Positions 1 through 9,567 of a stretch of 64,000 bases of DNA are shown here, one piece after another; position 1 is the first letter of the stretch, and the number at the start of each line of letters is the position of its first letter. This DNA is from an uncultured Planctomycetaceae bacterium (GTDB taxonomy: Bacteria > Planctomycetota > Planctomycetia > Pirellulales > PALSA-1355), in NCBI GenBank assembly GCA_937952415.1, contig CALFYT010000003.1, positions 39,322 through 103,321 on the forward strand. Direction: 5' to 3'. Position numbers and translations under genes: made by a program. The notes beneath the pieces were generated by a model. That model did not search any database and was not told the origin of the DNA. It was given only the letters and a program-made list of their open reading frames with translations.

Positions 1-968
1 GCCGGCTGCGTGTGGATGAAAAGCTCGTTGAGCAGTGGAATCTGCAGATCGCTGATCAGTCCCAGGTTGACGCCCATCCGCACACTCGACAGCAGGTGCA
101 TCGTTTCCTCGGAACTGATCGTTTGCGCGGTGCGTAAGATGCCGTAGGCCCGGGCGACCTTGTCGTGCAGGTTTTCGTGGCTCTCCTTGACGAGAAACTC
201 GCGAGCGGTGCGTTCCCACTCGATCAAGCGCGGCACGACGTCGCCAACTTGCTTGATCACGCTGATTTCCGACTTGCCGAGCGTGATTTGGTTGCTGATC
301 TGGTAAAAGTCGCCCATCGCTTGCGAGCCTTCGCCGTACAGCCCGCGGACCGCCAGGCTGATTTTCTGCAGCGCGCGAAACGCCTTGTCGATCTGCTGCG
401 TAAGCACTAGAGCCGGCAGGTGGAGCATCACGCTGACCCGCAACCCGGTGCCGACATTTGTGGGGCAAGCTGTCAGATAACCCAGCTTGGGATGGAAGGC
501 AAAGGCGACCTTTTCCGCCATCAGCGAGTCGATGTGGTCGATCTGTTCCCACGCAGCCTCCAGGTCGAGTCCGCTGTGCATGACCTGGATGCGGAGGTGG
601 TCCTCCTCGTTGATCATCAGGCTGACTTGCTCGTTGCGATTGATGGCCACACCGCGGGCCCCTTCGCTCTCGGCATGCTCGCGACTGATCAACTGGCGTT
701 CGACCAGGAACTGGCGGTCGATGCCGTGCAATTCGTTGACGTTGACGTACTCCAGCTCGCCCGATTCCTGAATCGCCAGGATCCGTTCGCGGAGCACTGA
801 TTCGATTTGCGTGCGATCCGCTTGGCTGGCGCGCGTGATGAAGGGAAACTCGGCCAGGTTGCGCGCCAAGCGAATGCGGCTGGAGATGACGATATCGCTC
901 TCGGGGCCCGAGCCCCGCAGCCATTCGCCGCTCGTTCGTGCTAGTTCGCTGAGATCCAACGCATTCAC
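1..968 (-). CDS. mcsB: protein arginine kinase McsB (ATP:guanido phosphotransferase), C-terminal part cut off by the window edge
   Basis: It runs off the left edge, so it is absent from the ORF track. My reverse-strand translation from GTG at 968 reads MNALDLSELARTSGEWLRGSGPESDIVISSRIRLARNLAEFPF, which matches the conserved McsB N-terminus (GPESDIV.SSRIRLARN). This GTG is the first in-frame start after the mcsA stop. Plus-strand ORFs 165-800 look like antisense shadows. Confidence 0.8.
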   Translation of the reverse strand, partial: MNALDLSELARTSGEWLRGSGPESDIVISSRIRLARNLAEFPFITRASQADRTQIESVLRERILAIQESGELEYVNVNELHGIDRQFLVERQLISREHAESEGARGVAINRNEQVSLMINEEDHLRIQVMHSGLDLEAAWEQIDHIDSLMAEKVAFAFHPKLGYLTACPTNVGTGLRVSVMLHLPALVLTQQIDKAFRALQKISLAVRGLYGEGSQAMGDFYQISNQITLGKSEISVIKQVGDVVPRLIEWERTAREFLVKESHENLHDKVARAYGILRTAQTISSEETMHLLSSVRMGVNLGLISDLQIPLLNELFIHTQP

Positions 969-1103
969 TTCTGGTTCAAGTTGGCAACGACCTCTGGCGG
1001 GAGATTCTCGCCGGTGACGTGCCGGCGACGATTGCCGGCTGAAGTTCGTATTGACCGTCGTGGGCGGGTGATGCCAGTCGCCGCGCGACGATGCCCGGCC
1101 CGG

Positions 1104-1622
1104 CTAGCCGTTCTTCTTGTGCGCAGCCTCCTCAATCGTGCGAATCTCGTCGCGCAGTTGCGAGGCGCGCTCGTAGTCCTCCTCGTCGACCGCCGCGCCC
1201 ATCTCGCGACGCAGCCGAATCAACTGCGTCAAATGCTCGGTGCCTTCGGGATAGTTGGCCGGCTTCTTGCCGACGTGCTCGGTCTCGCCATGGATGTTGA
1301 CGATCAACGGCTCGAGCTCCGACTCGAAGCAGACATAGTCGTGCGGGCAGCCAAGGCGCCCCTGATTGCGGAACTCGTAGAAAGTGATCCCGCACACCGG
1401 ACACATCCGCTGATCGAGACGGGCCAGCTCCTCGGCCGTTTGACCAACGGACAATTGTTGGGCCAGCACACCGGCCAGATTGGGCGCCACGGCCGGCTCA
1501 TCGTCGGACTGGGTGAGATAGTGCCGCGCGTGCTCTTCGCAAAGATGCAACTCTTGCGGCTTGCCCTTGGTCAGTTCCGTGATATGGAAGGTCGCCGTCT
1601 TGTTACACTGTTGGCACTTCAT
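1104..1622 (-). CDS. mcsA: McsA-like UvrB/UvrC-motif zinc-finger protein (activator of McsB)
   Basis: 172-aa ORF with two Cys clusters (CQQC...LCEEH; CPVCG...CPHDYVC) and a C-terminal UVR motif (EEDYERASQLRDEIRTIEE). It lies directly upstream of mcsB on the same strand. Confidence 0.8.
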   Translation of the reverse strand: MKCQQCNKTATFHITELTKGKPQELHLCEEHARHYLTQSDDEPAVAPNLAGVLAQQLSVGQTAEELARLDQRMCPVCGITFYEFRNQGRLGCPHDYVCFESELEPLIVNIHGETEHVGKKPANYPEGTEHLTQLIRLRREMGAAVDEEDYERASQLRDEIRTIEEAAHKKNG

Positions 1623-1705
1623 GGAAGTTCCCGCGACCTTGGCCGCGGCCGCGTAGGCACTCGCCGCCGGATGCGTCAGCGCGATGCGCCGGGGCGCTTG
1701 ACTCG

Positions 1706-1714
1706 ATTATAGCA
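1706..1714 (-). promoter_or_regulatory. candidate extended -10 promoter element for mcsA-mcsB
   Basis: The minus strand reads TGCTATAAT (TGnTATAAT) about 85 nt upstream of the mcsA ATG. There is no convincing -35. A perfect TATAAT is conspicuous in this GC-rich DNA. Confidence 0.4.
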
Positions 1715-2001
1715 AGGATTCTACACGGCCAGTGGGATTCTATCAGCGGGCATGGGAGTGTCAAGGCAGATCAAATCCAGCCGCGCAGCGACGCGACGAA
1801 CGTTGCCAGCCGACTGCTTGCGCGTGGCAAAAAGTCCCCGCGTTGTGGGCCGAAACGGCGCCTGTTAAGCTGATCCGACCGAACCAATCGGCCCGTCCGA
1901 AGTGTCGTATCAGGCGCCGGGCGCGGACGCGGCCGAACCGCCGAATTCGCTGTGCTCGGAAACGTCGACCGTTCACGCCGACACTTTCGCTGGCAAGCGC
2001 G

Positions 2002-3513
2002 ATGAAACATCTGCCGGATTTTGAAACGTTTTGCAAACTGGCGCCGGGCGTGCATCTGGTGCCGGTCTATCGGCGTCTGTTGGCCGACGCGCTGACGCCC
2101 GTCTCCGCGTTTCACAAGATCGACGACGGCGAGGCAGCCTGGTTGCTCGAAAGCGTCGTCGGTGGCGAGAAAGTGGGGCGTTACAGTTTTCTGGCAGCCG
2201 AACCGTTTCTGCAAATTGAAGCTCGCGGCCGCGATGTCATCGTCGTTTCCGACGCGGGACGCGAAACGCTGACGTGCGACGATCCGCTAGCCGAGTTGAA
2301 GCGTCGCGTCGATGCTCTCCGCTCCGCGACGTTGCCCGAGCTGCCGCCGTTTACTAGCGGAGCGGTAGGCTACGCGGGGTACGACGTCGTGCGCTACACC
2401 GAGAACCTGCCCGACGCGCCGAACGACGATCGAAAGCTGCCCGACCTGGCGTTCGCCTTCTACGACCGGATGATCGTGTTCGACCACGTGAACAAGACGA
2501 GCGTGGTGGTCGCGATGGCGCGGCTCGATAAGTTCGGCGACGACTTGCAGGCGGCCTACGCCGACGCACGGCGCCGCGTCGACGCGCTGGTGGAGCGATT
2601 GGAAGCGCCAGGCCAGCAGTTACCGCCGGCCGATATCCCACCCACCGCGCCGCCGCCGATGGCCTACGACTCGAACTTTACCCGGCCCGAGTTCGAGCAG
2701 GCCGTGGAAAAATGTGTCGAGTACATTCGGGCCGGAGACATATTTCAAGTCGTCATCAGCCAACGACTCCAACGCGAGATTCGCTGCGCGCCGTTCGAGA
2801 TCTACCGCACGCTCCGCGTGGTGAACCCCAGTCCATTCATGTTCTACCTGCGCACGCCGAGCGTCACGTTGGTCGGCAGCTCGCCGGAGGTCATGGTTCG
2901 GGTCGTGCGCGGGCAGGTGACCGTGCGTCCTCTGGCCGGAACGCGGCGCCGCGGCGCAACCGACGAGGAAGACACCCAATTGGCCGAGGAACTGCTCGCC
3001 GACGAGAAGGAGCGGGCAGAACACGTGATGCTCGTCGACCTGGGTCGCAACGACGTGGGCCGCGTCGCGCGCTATGGCAGCGTCGAACTGACCGACGTCA
3101 TGACCATCGAGCGCTACAGCCACGTGATGCACATCAGTTCGAACGTCACTGGGCAATTGGTCGATGATTGCGACGCGTTCGACGCTCTGCGCGCCTGCTT
3201 GCCGGCGGGTACCGTTTCTGGCGCGCCAAAAGTTCGCGCGATGGAAATCATCGACGAACTGGAACCCCACCGCCGCGGTCCTTACGCCGGGGCCGTCGGC
3301 TACTTCGACTTTACCGGCAACATGGACACCTGCATCGCGCTGCGAACCATGGTCGTGCAAGGCAACACGGCCTACGTACAGGCCGGTGCCGGCATCGTGG
3401 CCGACAGCGTGCCGGCCGAAGAATACCAGGAAACACTCAACAAAGCCCGGGGGCTGCTGACGGCCATCGAGATTACCGAGGCGCGCTTGACCGACGGGCG
3501 GTCGTCTCGCTGA
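2002..3513 (+). CDS. trpE: anthranilate synthase component I
   Basis: Part of ORF 1732-3513. Conserved sequence starts at ATG 2002 ([10 protein letters not shown]). It has the [16 protein letters not shown] feedback-site motif and a chorismate-binding C-terminal domain ([19 protein letters not shown]). Confidence 0.9.
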   Translation: MKHLPDFETFCKLAPGVHLVPVYRRLLADALTPVSAFHKIDDGEAAWLLESVVGGEKVGRYSFLAAEPFLQIEARGRDVIVVSDAGRETLTCDDPLAELKRRVDALRSATLPELPPFTSGAVGYAGYDVVRYTENLPDAPNDDRKLPDLAFAFYDRMIVFDHVNKTSVVVAMARLDKFGDDLQAAYADARRRVDALVERLEAPGQQLPPADIPPTAPPPMAYDSNFTRPEFEQAVEKCVEYIRAGDIFQVVISQRLQREIRCAPFEIYRTLRVVNPSPFMFYLRTPSVTLVGSSPEVMVRVVRGQVTVRPLAGTRRRGATDEEDTQLAEELLADEKERAEHVMLVDLGRNDVGRVARYGSVELTDVMTIERYSHVMHISSNVTGQLVDDCDAFDALRACLPAGTVSGAPKVRAMEIIDELEPHRRGPYAGAVGYFDFTGNMDTCIALRTMVVQGNTAYVQAGAGIVADSVPAEEYQETLNKARGLLTAIEITEARLTDGRSSR

Positions 3514-3606
3514 CACGCCGGCGCGGTCTCCGCGAAGCCCGACGCTGCGCGCAGGGCATCCCGCAAGCAAAGCGACCGAAGTCCGGACCACCACGGCAAA
3601 CGCGCC

Positions 3607-4749
3607 ATGCGGATTGAATCGATCCAACTCTATCGCGTCGCGAGCGGGCCGCCGCCCGAAAGCCACACCGGTTCTGGATCCCTTCCAAACGACGGTTCTC
3701 GTTTGATGCCCGAAGCGCGCGAGTCGGTGGTCGTCGCCATGACGCGCGGCCAGCACACCGGCTGGGGCGAAGTCTCGCTCGGGGTCGCGCCGCGCCGATC
3801 GCGCGAGTGGGCGCGTGGAGCGTTTGCGTGCACGCGCGATTGGCTCGCCCCAGCGGTCGTGGGCCGCGCGATCGAGAGCGGTGAGCAACTGCACGAAGCA
3901 CTCTCGGAGTTCACTGGCAACGAAGGTGCCAAGGCAGCGCTGGACATCGCCTGGTGGAACCTGCAAGCCGCGGAAAAGGGCGAGCCGCTGCATGCGCGTC
4001 TGGGCGCACAGTGCCGGCCCGTGGCGCTCGGCATCCGGCTCCCGCAGATGGCGACGATCGAAGCGCTGCTTGCCGAGATTCAGCGGGCGCTCGACCAAGG
4101 CTACCGGACCATTTCGCTAGAGTTTCGGCCCGGGTGGGACTTGGAGATGTTGCGGGCCGTACGGCAGACGTTTCCCGACGCGCCGCTGGCAGTCGACTGC
4201 GACGGTTGTTGCTCGCTTGGCCAACAGGAAATGCTTTACCGGTTGGAGGATTTTTTCCTCGAAGCGATCGAGCAACCGCTGCCGGCCGACGACCTGGTGG
4301 GGCACGCGATGCTACAAGCGAATCTCCGCACGCCGATCATGCTCGACCAAAGCATCGTTTCACCGGCACACGTCGAGCAGGCAGCCGACTTGGAGAGCTG
4401 CCGCGCGGTGCGAGTCAATCCGGCACGCGTCGGAGGCTTAACGCCCGCCGTGGCGATTCACGCGGCATGCCAAGCCGCACAGATACCGTGCGCTGTTGGC
4501 GCGGCGGATGCGGGAATCCTCGAGCGCGCCGCTACCTTGGCACTGGCCACGCTGCCGGGCTTCTCGCTGGCGGCCGAAGTTTCCCTCGCCATCGGTGTCC
4601 CAAGTTGGCTCTCCGCGGCTCCGGCGCTGTCGGCGGACGCTTCGGGCGGCGATTTGGCGTTTCTGCCGTCGCCGGAGGTGGGTGAAGGCGTGGCGATTGA
4701 CGTCGACGCATTGATGCACGCGGCGCTCGACCGTGCGATGGTCGGCTGA
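3607..4749 (+). CDS. enolase-superfamily protein of the o-succinylbenzoate synthase / N-succinylamino-acid racemase family, with catalytic lysines apparently substituted
   Basis: 380 aa, collinear with OSBS/NSAR-type sequences: GYRTISLEFRPGWD, LAVDCDG, IEQPL, IMLDQS, NPARVGG, LALATLPGF. See the finding about the missing KxK and K residues. Confidence 0.75.
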   Translation: MRIESIQLYRVASGPPPESHTGSGSLPNDGSRLMPEARESVVVAMTRGQHTGWGEVSLGVAPRRSREWARGAFACTRDWLAPAVVGRAIESGEQLHEALSEFTGNEGAKAALDIAWWNLQAAEKGEPLHARLGAQCRPVALGIRLPQMATIEALLAEIQRALDQGYRTISLEFRPGWDLEMLRAVRQTFPDAPLAVDCDGCCSLGQQEMLYRLEDFFLEAIEQPLPADDLVGHAMLQANLRTPIMLDQSIVSPAHVEQAADLESCRAVRVNPARVGGLTPAVAIHAACQAAQIPCAVGAADAGILERAATLALATLPGFSLAAEVSLAIGVPSWLSAAPALSADASGGDLAFLPSPEVGEGVAIDVDALMHAALDRAMVG

Positions 4750-4884
4750 CGTGGCACACGGGTTCGATTGGCTGCCCCATTGCCGAATCGCGCCTGGTTT
4801 TCGACAATGCCCATGCGGCGGTAGGGGAGTCGCTTGGGTATCGCGACATCACGGCGAGCAATCGCACTGTTTCGGAGAAGTGTC

Positions 4885-5193
4885 ATGGTCTATGTCTTTG
4901 CCACGATCGAGCTACATGCCGGCAAACGTGACGAGTTTCTGACCGCGCAGCGCGACCTGCTGCCGTTGGTGCGGGCAGAGCAGGGGTGCATCGAATACGC
5001 GCCCAGCGTCGAAGTCTCGCTCGCCGATCCACCGAAACAGCCGCTGCGCGACAATTGCGTCTTCATGCAAGAAAAATGGGAATCGCTCTCGGCGCTAAAG
5101 GCCCACTTGCAAGCGCCGCACATGGGTGCCTTTCGCGAGAAAGTGAAACCGCTAGTCGTCGGCGCGAAGGTCGAAGTGTTTGAGTCCGTGTGA
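4885..5193 (+). CDS. antibiotic-biosynthesis-monooxygenase (ABM/Dabb) domain protein
   Basis: About 100-aa ferredoxin-like domain pattern (VYVFATIELHAGKRDEF...FMQEKWESLSALKAHLQAPHM). ATG 4885 is preferred over the upstream in-frame TTG 4834. Confidence 0.6.
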   Translation: MVYVFATIELHAGKRDEFLTAQRDLLPLVRAEQGCIEYAPSVEVSLADPPKQPLRDNCVFMQEKWESLSALKAHLQAPHMGAFREKVKPLVVGAKVEVFESV

Positions 5194-5233
5194 CCACCGC
5201 GGGGCAAACAAGTACGGCTGTCCGCGCAGATAG

Positions 5234-6571
<1,338 letters not shown>

Positions 6572-6679
6572 CGCAGCGCGGGCCACCAAGGAGCAACCGA
6601 CACCGGACAACCCATTTGTGGTACATTGAAAAGTGTCGTGCCTTTCGGCTTCCTGTCACCGCCACTGTCCATCGCGCCG

Positions 6680-7066
6680 ATGTCCGGTCCTTCGTCCGAA
6701 TCGCGCCGCCGGTCCTCATCGCCCGCCGATTCGCCCTGGCTCTGGATGATGATGTTCTGCGCCGCAGGGCTCGTCGTGTTGATAGTCGCGTGGCCCAAGT
6801 ACGCGCAGCGGCAGGGACGACTCGAATTGAAGTACCGCGCCCGGCAGGAAGTGGCGCGACGCCAGGTGGAAGGCGAAGCCGCCCGGCGCCCGGCTGGCAG
6901 TGAAGGCGAGGCGCCGCCGCCAGAGACCGGTGAACTGATCATTCGATTGTGGCCGATCGGTGCGGTGCTGGTTGTGTTGTTGGCACTGTCGACCGCCATG
7001 TTCGTTCGCGGCCGTCGGGCCGAACAACGAGGCGCCACCGACTCCCCAACGGAGCCGGCGCCATGA
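6680..7066 (+). CDS. hypothetical membrane protein (two predicted TM helices)
   Basis: Hydrophobic segments WLWMMMFCAAGLVVLIVAW and LWPIGAVLVVLLALSTAMFV. The stop overlaps the next start (ATGA at 7063-7066). The start could instead be TTG 6626. Confidence 0.55.
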   Translation: MSGPSSESRRRSSSPADSPWLWMMMFCAAGLVVLIVAWPKYAQRQGRLELKYRARQEVARRQVEGEAARRPAGSEGEAPPPETGELIIRLWPIGAVLVVLLALSTAMFVRGRRAEQRGATDSPTEPAP

Positions 7067-7626
7067 CCTGGCTGGTCGAGAGTCCGTGGCCGGCAGTGAC
7101 CTTGGGAGTGGTCCTGGAAGTAGGTCTGGCCATCGCGCTAGTGCGCACAGGTCGCGGAATCCTCTTGGGCGCGATGGGCGGCGTGCTCCTGCTGACCGCC
7201 GGACTGGTGGCACTCGAGTGGGCGGTGGTCACCGAAAAGGAGCAGATCGAGGCCGTGCTCTACGAGGTGCGTACGGCGCTCGAAGCCAACGACCCGCCGC
7301 AAGTCTTGGCGTTGTTCACGCCCGACAGCCCGCGCCGCGCCGAGGTGGCTTCGGTGCTGAGAAACTACACGGTGCGCGAGGCACACATTGGTCGCGTGGA
7401 ACAAGTCGTCGTCAATCGACTGACGCAACCGGTATCGGCCCGAATCTATTTCGTGGGACGCGTTTCCGGGCGGGACAACCGGGGCACCATCCCGTACGAG
7501 AACCTGATTCGCACGTTTCGTCTGCGGCTGCACCGGCAAGGCGATCGGTGGCTGATCCACGACTATGCGCTGCAGGATCCTCGAGGCGTGGGCGACTGGA
7601 CCGATGGCCGTGGTCAAGTCCGCTAG
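7063..7626 (+). CDS. hypothetical membrane-anchored protein with a possible NTF2/SnoaL-like C-terminal domain
   Basis: ATG 7063 sits in an ATGA overlap with the upstream gene. Two N-terminal TM helices are followed by a roughly 120-aa soluble domain. The fold assignment is my judgement only. Confidence 0.6.
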   Translation: MTWLVESPWPAVTLGVVLEVGLAIALVRTGRGILLGAMGGVLLLTAGLVALEWAVVTEKEQIEAVLYEVRTALEANDPPQVLALFTPDSPRRAEVASVLRNYTVREAHIGRVEQVVVNRLTQPVSARIYFVGRVSGRDNRGTIPYENLIRTFRLRLHRQGDRWLIHDYALQDPRGVGDWTDGRGQVR

Positions 7627-7666
7627 AAGGTCGCCCGCGGGCAACGGCCGGGTGGGCGATACGAAG

Positions 7667-7695
7667 GTGCAACGCAACGGTCGTGCAACGCAACG
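7667..7695. repeat. tandem 13-nt direct repeat GTGCAACGCAACG x2
   Basis: Copies at 7667-7679 and 7683-7695 are separated by GTC. Each copy contains CAACG twice. The repeat lies between two convergent genes. Confidence 0.9.
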
Positions 7696-7737
7696 CTCGC
7701 CCAACTCGATGGCCGCCTGGCGTTCGACCGGCAGACG

Positions 7738-8448
7738 CTACGAGTTCTGCGCGTTCTGCTTGGGGGTGCGAACCATCAGCGTTTCACTCTCGACGTCATA
7801 CCAGTAGTCGTCACCCTCTGGCAGCACCGGCAGCTCGACGGCATTCTGCTTGATAATCACGTCCATGAACTCTTCGTGCGACTTAGGCCCTTTGTTGTTG
7901 TGCGCGGCCTTGTAGATCTTCATCGCGTTTTCCATTTGCGTTAGCGCGATCCGCTCGCGCGCACGGAACATCGTTGCCACCGGTGTGGTCACGAAGCCGG
8001 GTCCGCCGTAATCCTTGCCTTTGACGCCGACTCCCACTTCGGCCTTCTTCAGTGTGTCGCCTTCAGCCGGCGGGCCGGCGGCGGCCTGATCGTCGGCCGG
8101 TGCATCTTCGGCGGGTGCATCCTCGGTCGCCGGCTGTTCGGGCATCGGCTGCTCGGGCATCGGCGCTTCGCCGTCGGCGGCCGGATCAGCGCCGTCTCCG
8201 TCCTGCCCCACATCGCGCTGCTCGGCGAGAGCGGCGGCGGCCCCGGCGATCGCGGCCCTTCCCTTAGCGTTGTTTCCAGTCGGCGCGGTGGGATCGACCT
8301 TCTTGGCTGGTTCCTGTGGCGCTTCCGGCTCGGGCGGCGCCATGGCCGCGGCTTCCGAGCGATCGCCTACTTGTGGCGGTGCGGCCGCTTCACAGCCGAC
8401 TAGGACGGTCAAAACCGGCAACGTCGTGACGATGGTCAACCATTTCAT
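7738..8448 (-). CDS. lipoprotein with a Pro/Glu/Ala/Asp-rich linker, function unknown
   Basis: ATG 8448 has a GGGGGA SD about 10 nt upstream. The signal peptide ends in lipobox LVGC. Low-complexity repeats are present (PMPEQPMPEQP, EDAPAEDAPA), followed by a C-terminal domain of about 90 aa. Confidence 0.7.
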   Translation of the reverse strand: MKWLTIVTTLPVLTVLVGCEAAAPPQVGDRSEAAAMAPPEPEAPQEPAKKVDPTAPTGNNAKGRAAIAGAAAALAEQRDVGQDGDGADPAADGEAPMPEQPMPEQPATEDAPAEDAPADDQAAAGPPAEGDTLKKAEVGVGVKGKDYGGPGFVTTPVATMFRARERIALTQMENAMKIYKAAHNNKGPKSHEEFMDVIIKQNAVELPVLPEGDDYWYDVESETLMVRTPKQNAQNS

Positions 8449-8512
8449 GGCTTTGGTCCCCCAAACGATTCTCTGTTCGTAGGCCACCGTGCCATCGACC
8501 TCGCGTCTGCCG

Positions 8513-9280
8513 CTAATGCGCGAGATCAAACCTCCATGATTCCATTTCCGCTAATTGGGCACGCTTGGTCAAGTCAAAATCGAGCGGCGTAATGGTAATC
8601 CGCCCCTGTGCCAACGCGGAAACGTCGGTTTCGTGCTCGGCCGACGCTGCAATGGGGTTCGACAACGCCCAGAAATAGCTGCGACCGCGGGGGTCGATTC
8701 GCTTTTCGTACTGCTCGCCGCTGCGCTCCACGCCCATCGGCACGGTACACACGCTACGATCCGGTCGAGTCAGCGCCGCGGTCGGAATGTTGACGTTGTA
8801 CAACTGCGGTCCAGGTCCTTTTTGCGCCAAGATCTGCTCGACAACCCGGCGCGCTAAGTTCGCTGCACGATCGAACTGTGCATGTTCATCGAACTCGAGA
8901 GAAACGGCGACACTCGTGATTCCGAAAAAGGCCCCTTCGATCGCCGCCGCCACGGTCCCGGAGTAGAGCACGTTGATGCCGGCGTTCAATCCGCCGTTGA
9001 TTCCGCTGATCACCAGGTCGGGCAAGCGCGGACAGAATTCGAAAATGCCGATCTTCACGCAGTCGGCCGGACTTCCTTCGACCGCCCAACCACGCCGCTG
9101 ACGACCCTCGAAAAGTTCCTTGACGACCAGCGGGCTGAGGTACGTGATCGAGTGCCCCACGCCACTTTGCTCGGTGGCCGGAGCCACGACGTACACGTCG
9201 CCCAGCGCTTCCAGTTCGCGCTCCATCGCCGCCAGCCCGGGCGCATAGATTCCGTCGTCGTTCGTCAAGAGAATCAACAC
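8513..9280 (-). CDS. surE: 5'/3'-nucleotidase SurE
   Basis: MLILLTNDDGIYAPGL N-terminal DDG motif. 255 aa, typical SurE length. GTG start. Confidence 0.9.
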   Translation of the reverse strand: MLILLTNDDGIYAPGLAAMERELEALGDVYVVAPATEQSGVGHSITYLSPLVVKELFEGRQRRGWAVEGSPADCVKIGIFEFCPRLPDLVISGINGGLNAGINVLYSGTVAAAIEGAFFGITSVAVSLEFDEHAQFDRAANLARRVVEQILAQKGPGPQLYNVNIPTAALTRPDRSVCTVPMGVERSGEQYEKRIDPRGRSYFWALSNPIAASAEHETDVSALAQGRITITPLDFDLTKRAQLAEMESWRFDLAH

Positions 9281-9287
9281 ATTGGGT

Positions 9288-9316
9288 ACTATACTGGTCG
9301 ACGTCGAAGCTCACAA
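9288..9316 (-). promoter_or_regulatory. candidate sigma70-type promoter immediately upstream of surE
   Basis: The minus strand reads TTGTGA, a 17-nt spacer, then TATAGT, ending 7 nt before the surE GTG. There is no Shine-Dalgarno in between. Confidence 0.3.
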
Positions 9317-9567
9317 TCGGCGCAGCGCGCGGGCCGGCCGGTCGCCGACTGATACCCAGTGCGGGCGTCGCGTCCGCAGAATCGCTACCTGAGATTCCTG
9401 ACCGGCTCCGCTCGCAGGCTCGACGCGGGCAACGTGGGGCCCTAGCCGATGCCGCGACGACATTCTATAATCCTTCGCTTCGCCGCCCGTCGTGTTGACG
9501 GGTGTTTTTGTTGAGATCGGCGGATGCCGATGCCGTGGGCCAACGAACAATCGCGGGAGGGCTTGGC

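Noticed and set aside
969-1103. The mcsA stop (TAG 1104-1106) and the mcsB start are in the same frame, with 45 stop-free codons between them. This raised the idea of a read-through McsA-McsB fusion.
   Set aside because: The absence of stops over 45 codons is not unusual at this GC content. The intervening translation (PGRASSRGDWHHPPTTVNTNF...) does not look like a linker, and there is no readthrough context evidence.
1732-2001. N-terminal extensions offered by the ORF track, including trpE from 1732, guaB from 21919, dxs from 45252, proC from 18276 and xseA from 47975.
   Set aside because: The extensions are Arg/Pro-rich, overlap upstream genes or promoters, and precede the positions where the conserved family N-termini begin. 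Internal ATG/GTG starts with SD-like sequences were preferred.
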